NCBI RefSeq assembly: GCF_002441855.2
Contig: NZ_CP029487.1
Span: forward strand, 3,366,349 to 3,398,348
From: Eubacterium maltosivorans
GTDB taxonomy: Bacteria > Bacillota > Clostridia > Eubacteriales > Eubacteriaceae
Reading direction: 5' to 3'
DNA: 32,000 nt
Shown here one piece after another: positions 22,130 through 31,168 of this stretch; within the stretch, counting starts at the first letter, position 1; every line of letters starts with the position of its first letter. Position numbers and translations under genes: made by a program. The notes beneath the pieces were generated by a model, which saw only the letters and a list, made by a program, of their open reading frames with translations, was not told where the DNA came from and did no database searches.

Positions 22130-24446
22130 GACACTTAAAAATTCAAACCATCAGGAAAAGGATAAATTTAAAATTCCCAAAAGCGCGCAGCAGGCTGTCC
22201 CCATCCAGATCATTTATCCGGATGGGATTTTTTGTATCGGTAAAAATAAATATTCCAAGACTTTTCGGTTTACGGACATCAATTACGCTGTGGCTGGTCG
22301 GGAGGATAAGGAAGCCATGTTTTTAGAATATTCCGAACTGTTAAACAGCTTTGACAGCGGCGCGACCACCAAGCTGACCATTAACAACCGCCGCCTGAAC
22401 CGGGCGGACTTTGAAAAAAGTATTCTGATCCCCATGAAAGAGGATGGACTGGACATATACCGGAAAGAGTATAACCAGATGTTACTCGACAAAGCTACCG
22501 GAACCAACAGCATGATTCAGGAAAAATATGTGACCGTGACAATACTGCGCAAAAACTATGAGGAAGCCAAAACCTATTTTGCCCGCGTGGCAACAGAGCT
22601 GACCGCCCATTTTTCCCGTCTGGGGTCACGCTGTACAGAGCTTGACGCAGAGGAAAGGCTGCACGTCCTGCATGATTTTTACCGGACAGGGGAGGAGACA
22701 GGCTTCACCGTTGATTTATTACAGACCATGAAAAAAGGCCATGACTTCCGGGATTTTATCTGTCCGGATACCTTTGAGTTTGAATCGGATGCTTTTAAAA
22801 TCGGAGATCGCTATGGCCGGGTGCTGTTCCTGCGTGAATACGCATCCTATATCCGTGACAGCATGATCAGTGAGCTGACGCAGCTCAACCGAAACCTTAT
22901 GCTCAGTATTGATGTGATCCCAGTGCCGACCGATGAAGCTGTGCGGGAGGTGGAAAACCGCCTGCTCGGGGTGGAGACGAATATAACGAATTGGCAGCGG
23001 AGACAGAACCAGAATCAGAACTTTTCTGCGGTCATTCCCTATGATATGGAGCTGCAGCGGAAGGAATCAAAGGAATTTCTGGACGACTTGACCACAAGGG
23101 ATCAGCGCATGATGTTTGGCTTGCTCACCCTTGTACACACTGCCAAAAGCAGGAAGCAGCTCGACGCAGATACGGATACACTGCTCACCACGGCCAGAAA
23201 GCACCTCTGCCAGTTCGCGATCCTGCGCTATCAGCAGCAGGATGGTTTAAATACCGTCCTGCCCATTGGACACCGGAAGATCAATGCTCTGCGCACCCTG
23301 ACCACCGAGAGCTTAGCCGTGCTGATGCCGTTCCGGGTGCAGGAGATCATGGACACAGGCGGTATCTACTATGGTGAGAACGCCATCTCCCACAATCTCA
23401 TCATGTGCAACAAAGCCAATCTTTTAAACCAGTCCGCCTTTCTTTTGGGCGTGCCGGGCAGTGGGAAAAGCTTCAGCGCAAAAGAGCTGATTGTATTTCT
23501 CGCCCTCGCGACCCAGGATGACATCCTTGTGTGTGATCCAGAGCGCGAGTATGTCTCCCTGATTACAGCCCTCGGGGGTGAAGCGATCCGGATCGCGGCG
23601 GGGTCAGAGGATCATATCAATGCCATGGACATGGTGGAGGGTTACGGTGATGGTGGAAACCCCATTGTGGACAAGTCCGAGTTCATTTTATCCCTCTTTG
23701 AGCAGTTGGACAAAAAGGGACTGGGAGCAAAAGAAAAATCCATCATCGACCGCTGCGTGGCATTGGTCTATGACGATTATCAACGGGGCGGGGAGCTGCC
23801 GACCTTATGTGTGTTGCGGGAGAAGCTCATGGAGCAGCCAGAGCCGGAAGCCCAGGAGTTGGCTTTAGAGCTTGAACTTTTCACGGACGGAAGTCTGAAC
23901 GCCTTTGCCCATAAAACCAACGTGGACACCCAGAACCGCATGGTGGTCTATGACATCATGGATTTAGGCAAGCAGCTCAAAACCATGGGCCTGCTCGTTA
24001 TCACGGATGCCATGATCAACCGGGTCACGGAAAACTGGAAAAAGGGCAAGCGGACACATCTGTTCTTAGATGAATTTCACGTTGTTTTTGAAAATGAATA
24101 CTCCGGTGCCTTTTTCAACTCTGCGTGGCGGCGTTTCCGGAAGCGTAATGCATTTCCGACCGCCATCACCCAGAACGTAGAGTACCTTTTAGACAGTGTT
24201 TTAGCCAGTACCATGTTATCGAACTCGGAGTTTATCGTCATGCTGAATCAGGCGGCTAGTGACCGCCAGAAGCTTGCCAACCTTTTGAATATCTCAAGAG
24301 AGCAGCTGAGCTATATCACCAATGCGGATGAGGGCTGTGGCTTGATAAGGTACGGGAGTTCCTTAGTGCCCTTTGTCAACAAGTTTCCGAAAAAGACCAG
24401 ACTGTACAGGCTGATGACCACCAAGCCGGGAGAAGAAACCCTTTGA
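22122..24446 (+). CDS. virB4: VirB4-family conjugal transfer ATPase
   Basis: 774 aa, Walker A GVPGSGKSF and Walker B HLFLDEFH, in the usual position after the PrgI-like gene. Confidence 0.9.
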   Translation: MIKTLKNSNHQEKDKFKIPKSAQQAVPIQIIYPDGIFCIGKNKYSKTFRFTDINYAVAGREDKEAMFLEYSELLNSFDSGATTKLTINNRRLNRADFEKSILIPMKEDGLDIYRKEYNQMLLDKATGTNSMIQEKYVTVTILRKNYEEAKTYFARVATELTAHFSRLGSRCTELDAEERLHVLHDFYRTGEETGFTVDLLQTMKKGHDFRDFICPDTFEFESDAFKIGDRYGRVLFLREYASYIRDSMISELTQLNRNLMLSIDVIPVPTDEAVREVENRLLGVETNITNWQRRQNQNQNFSAVIPYDMELQRKESKEFLDDLTTRDQRMMFGLLTLVHTAKSRKQLDADTDTLLTTARKHLCQFAILRYQQQDGLNTVLPIGHRKINALRTLTTESLAVLMPFRVQEIMDTGGIYYGENAISHNLIMCNKANLLNQSAFLLGVPGSGKSFSAKELIVFLALATQDDILVCDPEREYVSLITALGGEAIRIAAGSEDHINAMDMVEGYGDGGNPIVDKSEFILSLFEQLDKKGLGAKEKSIIDRCVALVYDDYQRGGELPTLCVLREKLMEQPEPEAQELALELELFTDGSLNAFAHKTNVDTQNRMVVYDIMDLGKQLKTMGLLVITDAMINRVTENWKKGKRTHLFLDEFHVVFENEYSGAFFNSAWRRFRKRNAFPTAITQNVEYLLDSVLASTMLSNSEFIVMLNQAASDRQKLANLLNISREQLSYITNADEGCGLIRYGSSLVPFVNKFPKKTRLYRLMTTKPGEETL

Positions 24447-24473
24447 TCCTCCCGGTGTTTTCGATGAAGGGAG

Positions 24474-26321
24474 GTGTTAAGCATCGGAAAAGAAATCAAG
24501 ACCCGGGAGGTAAAGAAGGATATACGGGTACTCGACAAGGCCGGAACAGCTGCCGAACGGATACGGGAAGCGACCATCCGGACAAAGGATGCCGCGGAGT
24601 GCAGCCAATCGCCGCAGGAAACATCCGCAAATGACTATGCCGTCAACCGGACATCGGATTACGCAGATCGTGCGGCCCATGGAGCAGCCCGGAAGATTCA
24701 GAATCAAAGCCGCAGCGCCGCTCAGAAGGTTAAGGCCCACTGGGCAGACCATATGGCTGAATCCGTGGAAAATGCCCGCGCCGAAGCGGAACCGGGTGTC
24801 CGGAATATCGGGGATGAGGTGCGCATAAAAACCCGGGAGCGCGTAAACGGCATGGTGAAAGCCAAAGGCAGTACCGAGCCGTCGATCAAGGCCCTCCCGG
24901 AAAAAGAAAAGAATATCCGGCAGTCTATTTACTCCGCAGCCAAGAGCAAGCGGGCGGCCCAGACAGGCATTGAAAAGGCTACTAAGCGGACGATTAAAAC
25001 CAGTGATCAAACGGGCAGGCTGCGCATTAAAACGGCCAGTGAAGCCCGTAAGCTGGGAAAAAACAGCATCCGGACAGTGAAAGCATCCAAAAGGGCCATC
25101 AAGTCCGGGCGGGCCACGGCAAAGACCGCCAGAGAGAGCAGCAGGGCGGCGGCAAAAGCGTCACAGGCAGCTGCCAAGGCAGCGGTTAAGACCAGTCAGG
25201 CATCGGCCAAAATGGCCGTCAAGGCTTCTCAGGCTGCGACGAAAGCAGCGATCACCACCGGAAAGCTCGCCGCCAAGGTTACGGCCACAGCCGCCAAAGC
25301 CACGGCCGCGGTGGGAAAAGCCCTTGCCAGTGCCATTGCCGCCGGGGGATGGGTGGTGGTGCTCATTCTGGTGATCATTGTGCTTTTTGGCGGGGCTTTG
25401 TGTCTGGTGGGAGCGGGTAATGCCAATGCGGTGGAGCCTGTCAGTGAAGAAGTACAGGCTTATGAACCGCTGATCACAAAGTATGCCCGTGAACATGGGA
25501 TACAGGAATATGTTGAACTGATCAAAGCGGTCATGATGCAGGAATCCGGTGGCCGCGGGGGCGATCCGATGCAGTGTTCAGAGTGCGGCTATAATGACCA
25601 GTATCCCGGCGGCATCACCGACCCGGAGTATTCGATCAATATTGGCATCCGGTATCTGGCAGACTGCCTGCACGCCGCGGGGGTTACCAGTCCCATGGAT
25701 TTAGAGCATATCAAACTCGGATTACAGGGCTACAATTTTGGGGCAGGCTACATCACCTGGGCTTTGGAAAATTACGGCGGCTATACCCAGACTAACGCGC
25801 AGGAGTTCGCCAATTTGCATGGCGGCAGCTATGGCGATGTGAGCTATGTGCCGAATGTTTTAAGGTATTACCCTTTTGGACGTATCCCGACAGGGACAGG
25901 CAACAGCAATATTGTCAACGTAGCGGCCAGCCAGATCGGGAATGTCGGAGGACAGCCCTACTGGAGCTGGTATGGCTTTTCTGGTCGGGTGGAATGGTGC
26001 GCTTGCTTTGTTTCATGGTGCGCGGATCAGTGCGGCTATATCGACGCAGGGATCATTCCAAAGTTTTCCTATGTCCCGGACGGCGTAGCCTATTTTCAAT
26101 CAAAAGGCCAATGGCAGGACGGGAGTTATACCCCAAAGGCCGGGGATATTATTTTCTTCACATGGGGTGGCGACGGCAGCGCGGATCACGTCGGTTTTGT
26201 TGAGAATGTGATAGACGGCACCGTGAACACCATTGAGGGAAACACCACAGACAGCTGCGCAAGAAGGAGTTACCCCCTCGGGGGCTACATGATTCTGGGG
26301 TACGGCTGCCCCGCTTATTGA
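24474..26321 (+). CDS. Bifunctional cell-wall hydrolase (lysozyme/SLT-like plus CHAP/NlpC-P60-like domains), CwlT-type
   Basis: A TM segment follows an Ala/Lys-rich region. The SLT-like motif is LIKAVMMQESGGRGGDPMQ. The CHAP-like motifs are WCACFVSWCADQCGY, DHVGFVENV and TIEGNT. The start codon is uncertain (GTG at 24474 overlaps its own SD). Confidence 0.85.
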   Translation: MLSIGKEIKTREVKKDIRVLDKAGTAAERIREATIRTKDAAECSQSPQETSANDYAVNRTSDYADRAAHGAARKIQNQSRSAAQKVKAHWADHMAESVENARAEAEPGVRNIGDEVRIKTRERVNGMVKAKGSTEPSIKALPEKEKNIRQSIYSAAKSKRAAQTGIEKATKRTIKTSDQTGRLRIKTASEARKLGKNSIRTVKASKRAIKSGRATAKTARESSRAAAKASQAAAKAAVKTSQASAKMAVKASQAATKAAITTGKLAAKVTATAAKATAAVGKALASAIAAGGWVVVLILVIIVLFGGALCLVGAGNANAVEPVSEEVQAYEPLITKYAREHGIQEYVELIKAVMMQESGGRGGDPMQCSECGYNDQYPGGITDPEYSINIGIRYLADCLHAAGVTSPMDLEHIKLGLQGYNFGAGYITWALENYGGYTQTNAQEFANLHGGSYGDVSYVPNVLRYYPFGRIPTGTGNSNIVNVAASQIGNVGGQPYWSWYGFSGRVEWCACFVSWCADQCGYIDAGIIPKFSYVPDGVAYFQSKGQWQDGSYTPKAGDIIFFTWGGDGSADHVGFVENVIDGTVNTIEGNTTDSCARRSYPLGGYMILGYGCPAY

Positions 26322-26371
26322 AACTGAAAAAAAGATTATGGAGTTTGGCGGATGAAAATCGGCTAAAAACA

Positions 26372-26413
26372 GGGAACCGAAAGAAAAAAACTTTCGCGTT
26401 CCCGTTTATTTTT
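26372..26413 (+). terminator. Rho-independent terminator closing the transfer operon
   Basis: GGGAACCGAAAG (26372-26383), loop AAAAAAA, CTTTCGCGTTCCC (26391-26403): 12 bp with one bulge, followed by GTTTATTTTT. Confidence 0.75.
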
Positions 26414-27166
26414 GTGCAAAAAATCAGGGTAGCCGGGGTTTTTAAGCTTTTGTTGATCCCCAGTATCAAAACAACAAATATGTGTGGCTGAGCAGATGCA
26501 GAAAATCAGCTCGGCGGTCGATTGTTTCACTTGCAGTGGGCCGTCGTCAATGGGGTGGAGAGCGCAGACCCATGTAAAAGAAAAGCGGCTCGGGGGACTT
26601 CCTATGTTGTGCTGTGTGTTTCGCCATTTACTAAAATGGTAAGTCTGGACGGGAATGGATGAAAGAAACACGCGGGAAACCGCCTTGAAGTGAACCTGCT
26701 GAAAAGAGAATTTCTGATTGTGCAGGAAAAAGATAGTTAAAATCAGAAGTAAATTTTATTTTTTGATTTTTCGTAAAAATAGGCTATCTCTGTCCTGCTG
26801 ATACAAAAGAAAAAATATATAATGTGCTGGATTAAATTTTAATAAGATCAAAAAGATAAAATTTAAAAAGGCTGATGTGATTTTGCTAATAGCAGGAAAA
26901 AAATGGCCGATTAAGTGATTGTTTCAAATGTATAATAATCATGCCATCAGTGTCAAAAAGAGACTAAGTAGCATTCGTTAACACACTACAAAAATTTAAA
27001 TATGAGGGCTGGTGCTTTGGATGGGAATCTTTCAGAAAAGTACCTGTACAGTTAATCTGGAAAGCTATATTTAAAAAAATTTTCGGGACTAGGAATTTAT
27101 TACGTTACTGGCTCAAGTGCTGACTTTGTCGATGAAGTCCGGGAGTCTGGACATCAGAACGTTACT

Positions 27167-27355
27167 ATGAATATCCATAGAAAAAAGCCCCTTTCACTGC
27201 CGAGTTGCAGGGCAGCGAAGGTTGTCTTCACTTTTGGATATGGCATGCTCTTTTATATTGCTGGAGATACAACGAACTACTCATGTCTTTGTTTGATCCC
27301 TTGTATTTTTATGTTAATTGAAGCAGTATATAAAGACAAAATTAAACATGTTTGA
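27167..27355 (+). CDS. Possible small membrane protein (62 aa)
   Basis: Two hydrophobic segments. A weak hairpin plus TTTTTTT follows directly after the stop. No convincing SD. Confidence 0.3.
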   Translation: MNIHRKKPLSLPSCRAAKVVFTFGYGMLFYIAGDTTNYSCLCLIPCIFMLIEAVYKDKIKHV

Positions 27356-27516
27356 TGGGTGAACCTCATTTTTTTAATTGTGTATATGCAAGAAAATATC
27401 CTAATATGTGTTTAGCAATACTACATTTTTTGTGATATTCGTACATTGCGTGAGAATATCTTTTCAATTGCTTTCATCTCGTTCTTTCGATATAAAAGAT
27501 TTTTCATCTCTTGCCT

Positions 27517-28977
27517 TTAGTAGATCTCAGGGATTTGAATATAATCTATCCTATAAAACTTATATTTTTTGATCATGTAATCCTTAGCGTGTTTTAAAGT
27601 AAAACGATAGCAATCTGTAAGACCATTTGCAAAAGCATTCATATCTCCTTTACGCAGATGCTGAACGGAGGCAGCGACTTTTTTGTTTAGTTTTTCAAGT
27701 ACTGTTTTTTTATTATCATAATAAGCAATATAATGTCCCCATTCCGTAAGACGAAATGTTTCGGTCAGTATAGCATGTAAAGGTTGCAGTTCAATATGTT
27801 TTAAAATGGCTTCGAAAATATCAATTATATGAATGGAATTTGGTAAGTTGAAGACTTTATCCAGTTTATCTAAGTCTTTTGTAGTAAAAGTTGGGGCTAC
27901 AATTAAAGCTACAGGATGGATAATTAATACTAATAATTGTAGTGCGTGAAGGTATTGTAAAGCCTCCTGTGTACGTCTCGGCTTAGGAAGCATCTGATTT
28001 ACCAAAGAATCATCTGGTTCGATCACCATAGTTCCTTTGCCATTTAAACTTTTTACAAGGCCTCTCTGATTAAGTTCGTCCAAGGCTTTTCTGACTGTAA
28101 ATACTGAGACACCGTATTGACTGGCAAGCTGTTTTTCATGAGGTAGAAATGTTCCGTAAGGATATTCACCACTCCCAATTTTCTGGTTTAGATCGCTGAT
28201 TATTCTTGAATAAAAATAATCTTTACCGCGGGTTGGTCGCCATAAAAATGAAGCTGAAGATTTTGCTGGACATTTCGGTGTTGTGCTTACCAAATGATTT
28301 AAAGTGTTGGCAATTGAATCAGCAAATCTTTGCCCCAATTTCTCTAATTGCTTTTTCTTTACAGAAGGATCCTTACCTTTCAAAATATCCATGATAATTC
28401 CAGTAACGGACGTTGAACCATGCAGAAAGTTTTCTAAAAAAAAGGGGCACTCTTCTGTAAAAAAACTCAGGTTATGATAGAGTTCAAATGTCGAATAGAG
28501 ATTGCCGATTAAAGAATTACCACCAATTTCCAGAATTTCTTTAATGAAATCAGAAGATGGACGCCAGCCGCCAGCAGCAATTCCAAGACGAGACACTTTT
28601 AGAGCTTGTTTGTAATGAAGCATTAATTCTAAATTGCAATTCTCGGATGCAAAAACTAAAAGAGAAGGTAATATTAAAGCAAAAGTTTGATATAATTGTA
28701 CGATACTATCTCTTTTTCTTAAAGTATTAAATAATATATTTTCTGTTCCGTAGGGTGCATTAGAAAGGACTGTTGGTGCAAGGCGTGGGCGGATTTCGAT
28801 TAAGCCTTCTTTCTTTAATGCATTAAAAACACAGTTAATTGTATATCGGCTTACATGGAATTGATTGCAGAGAACTCTCGAAGATGGCAGACAGTTCCCA
28901 GGAAGTATTTGACCATTTAAAATGCGCTGTTTAATTTCGTTATATATAAATGAGAATTTGGTCTCTTGTGGTTCCAT
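27517..28977 (-). CDS. Tandem-duplicated GntR-family transcriptional regulator (two wHTH-plus-helical-effector halves)
   Basis: First GntR wHTH: IYNEIKQRILNGQILPGNCLPSSRVLCNQFHVSRYTINCVFNALKKEGLIE. Second, near residue 255: IISDLNQKIGSGEYPYGTFLPHEKQLASQYGVSVFTVRKALDELNQRGLV. Each is followed by a helical region of about 170 aa. Confidence 0.8.
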   Translation of the reverse strand: MEPQETKFSFIYNEIKQRILNGQILPGNCLPSSRVLCNQFHVSRYTINCVFNALKKEGLIEIRPRLAPTVLSNAPYGTENILFNTLRKRDSIVQLYQTFALILPSLLVFASENCNLELMLHYKQALKVSRLGIAAGGWRPSSDFIKEILEIGGNSLIGNLYSTFELYHNLSFFTEECPFFLENFLHGSTSVTGIIMDILKGKDPSVKKKQLEKLGQRFADSIANTLNHLVSTTPKCPAKSSASFLWRPTRGKDYFYSRIISDLNQKIGSGEYPYGTFLPHEKQLASQYGVSVFTVRKALDELNQRGLVKSLNGKGTMVIEPDDSLVNQMLPKPRRTQEALQYLHALQLLVLIIHPVALIVAPTFTTKDLDKLDKVFNLPNSIHIIDIFEAILKHIELQPLHAILTETFRLTEWGHYIAYYDNKKTVLEKLNKKVAASVQHLRKGDMNAFANGLTDCYRFTLKHAKDYMIKKYKFYRIDYIQIPEIY

Positions 28978-29075
28978 GATTAAATTCCTTTCAATTTTAC
29001 TTTAATTATACTTCTTATACTTTAGGTTGTCATCAAAAAACGCTAAGCTTTATGCTTACCTGTCCAATATAGTCG

Positions 29076-29105
29076 TTGCCAAGTTGTATAAAATACACTT
29101 ATAAT
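29076..29105 (+). promoter_or_regulatory. Putative promoter of the response-regulator operon
   Basis: TTGCCA (29076-29081), an 18-nt spacer, then TATAAT (29100-29105), about 38 nt before the ATG at 29143. Confidence 0.35.
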
Positions 29106-29142
29106 AAAAATGTAAAGTTATAGTGAAAGAGATTAAAATATT

Positions 29143-30786
29143 ATGAATAAACAAAAGATATTAGTTGTGGATGATTCGGAAATGAACCGTGCTCTTTTGA
29201 TAGATATTTTAGAAGAGCAATATGATGTTGTGGAAGCGGATAACGGTATAGAGGCGATTACACTTCTTTCACAGCATCGAATGGATTTTTCGCTCATACT
29301 TTTAGACATTATGATGCCTGAAATGGATGGTTTTGAAGTTTTAACGTATATAGATAAATATCATTGGAATGATACATTTGCCGTTATTATGATTTCAGCA
29401 GATGATTCTCCTGAGAATATAAAACGTGCCTATGACTTGGGCGCTTTTGATTATATTAGCCGTCCGTTTGATTCGACAATTGTTCGTCGTCGTATATCAA
29501 ATACCATGTTTTTATATGCTAGACAACGCCATCTTGAAAAAATTATTTCAGAACAATTTTGTGAACAGGAAAAAAATAACAAGCTAATGATCTCAATTTT
29601 GTCTCATATTGTGGAATTTCGAAATGGCGAGAGTGGTTTGCATGTGTTGCACGTCAACACTATCACAGAACTTTTGTTAAGACATCTGGTTCAGCGGACA
29701 GATCGATATCCATTGTCAAAGTCTGATATTATTTTAATAAGCACCGCTTCATCTTTGCATGATATTGGAAAAATATCTATTTCAGATGAAATTTTGAATA
29801 AGCCTGGGCGTCTAACGGCAGAGGAATTTGAGGTGATAAAAACCCATTCAGCAATTGGGGCAAAAATGTTGCTGGAGTTGCCGGTGGAACAACAAAAGTT
29901 GCCGCTTGTAAAAGTAGCTTCTGAAATTTGCCGGTGGCACCATGAAAGATATGATGGCAATGGTTATCCAGATGGATTAAAGGGGGATGAAATTCCTATT
30001 GCCGCTCAGGTAGTAGCATTGGCGGATGTATATGATGCTTTAACCAGTGAACGATGTTATAAAAAAGCATACTCACATAGAGAAGCATTAAAAATGATTT
30101 TGGATGGGCAATGCGGCGTATTTAATCCGATTCTTTTACAATGCCTGCAAGAAATTGCGGATACGCTTGAAAATGAATTAAAGGATACTGCGTTTGGGCA
30201 GGAGACCAAATACATTCAAGATGTAAGAAAAAAAATAGATTATGATAGGTTGTTTAGTCATAATGCACACACATCTCTTTCGCGTGAAGAGTGGAACCTA
30301 CAATTATTGTACATTGATTCTTTAACCGATGTCTACAACCGACGTTATTATGATGAACATTTTAGAGATACAGAGGATACGGAAGGTGTTGTCGTAATAG
30401 ATGTCGATAATTTTAAAGATATTAATGATTATTATGGACACGCTAGAGGGGATATTGTGTTGCAAAATATTGCTAAAACGATTTTATCATGTGTGAGAAA
30501 AACGGATACTGTAATCCGTTATGGTGGGGATGAATTTGTAGTAATCTTTTATAGTATTCCTGCCGATGCATTTAAAAATAAATTAGAGCGAATACGGATG
30601 CTTGTAAATAGGCTTGTGATAGATGAATACCCTGAAATTCAAGTTTCAATCAGTGTAGGGGGAGCGCATGGATTGGGAAAAGTAAAAGAAATGTTTAATA
30701 TTGCAGATCATATGATGTATCAGGCAAAAAATACAAAGAATCAAGTGTTTATACAGTTTCTTGAAAAAGAAACAAATGATATTTAA
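29143..30786 (+). CDS. Response regulator with REC, HD-GYP and GGDEF domains (c-di-GMP turnover)
   Basis: REC domain: ILVVDDSEMNR...LLDIMMPEMDGFEVL. HD-GYP domain: HDIGK and HHERYDGNGYP. GGDEF domain: RYGGDEFVVIF, with an RxxD I-site (RKTD) five residues upstream. Confidence 0.9.
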   Translation: MNKQKILVVDDSEMNRALLIDILEEQYDVVEADNGIEAITLLSQHRMDFSLILLDIMMPEMDGFEVLTYIDKYHWNDTFAVIMISADDSPENIKRAYDLGAFDYISRPFDSTIVRRRISNTMFLYARQRHLEKIISEQFCEQEKNNKLMISILSHIVEFRNGESGLHVLHVNTITELLLRHLVQRTDRYPLSKSDIILISTASSLHDIGKISISDEILNKPGRLTAEEFEVIKTHSAIGAKMLLELPVEQQKLPLVKVASEICRWHHERYDGNGYPDGLKGDEIPIAAQVVALADVYDALTSERCYKKAYSHREALKMILDGQCGVFNPILLQCLQEIADTLENELKDTAFGQETKYIQDVRKKIDYDRLFSHNAHTSLSREEWNLQLLYIDSLTDVYNRRYYDEHFRDTEDTEGVVVIDVDNFKDINDYYGHARGDIVLQNIAKTILSCVRKTDTVIRYGGDEFVVIFYSIPADAFKNKLERIRMLVNRLVIDEYPEIQVSISVGGAHGLGKVKEMFNIADHMMYQAKNTKNQVFIQFLEKETNDI

Positions 30787-30796
30787 AAGCGAGGAA

Positions 30797-31168
30797 ATGA
30801 TGAATTTAAGAGACTGTTATATGAATTTTGACGGCAATTATGAGGATGCACTAGGAAGATTAGGATGCGAAAAGACAGTTGAGAAATTTCTATATAAATT
30901 TCTGGAAGATAAAAGCTTTAACTTGCTGGAAGTGTCAATGCGTAATGAAAATTATGATGAAGCTCTCCGAGCCACCCACACGCTCAAAGGAATTTGCCAG
31001 AATCTTTCTTTTACCCAATTGTATGAAAGCAGTAGTTTAATGACAGGAGCACTAAGGGGAAGAACGTGGGAAAAAGCAATTGAGATCATGCCACAGTTAA
31101 CAAATGATTATTGTCAAATCATAAGTGTTATAGAAAAATATAAACGTTTTAAGGCGGAACAATATTGA
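30797..31168 (+). CDS. Hpt (histidine phosphotransfer) domain protein
   Basis: Contains the HTLKGICQNLSF phosphotransfer motif (HxxKG). The start is probably the ATG at 30797 or 30800, after GAGGA. The track start at 30761 overlaps the upstream gene. Confidence 0.75.
   Translation: MMNLRDCYMNFDGNYEDALGRLGCEKTVEKFLYKFLEDKSFNLLEVSMRNENYDEALRATHTLKGICQNLSFTQLYESSSLMTGALRGRTWEKAIEIMPQLTNDYCQIISVIEKYKRFKAEQY

Larger units (their letters stand above)
1..26700. mobile_element. Integrative conjugative element (Firmicutes MPF-FA type). The left end lies outside the window and the right end is approximate.
   Basis: The region holds a complete relaxosome (MobC and relaxase), a coupling protein, VirB4, VirB6-like, PrgI-like and Maff2 genes, a CwlT-like hydrolase, ArdA, ParAB and an XRE/Xis-type switch. 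Composition breaks sharply near 26.7 kb. Confidence 0.8.

Noticed and set aside
26518-26531. GTTTCAC half-site resembling Firmicutes parS (TGTTTCACGTGAAACA)
   Set aside because: Only one half-site is present, with no palindromic partner. I found no full parS-like palindrome anywhere in the window.
26158-26671. Minus-strand ORFs 26158..26469 and 26363..26671 in the right-end tail
   Set aside because: One overlaps the hydrolase 3' end, and both span the terminator. Their translations are Cys/Phe/Ser-rich and unlike real proteins, and they lack an SD.
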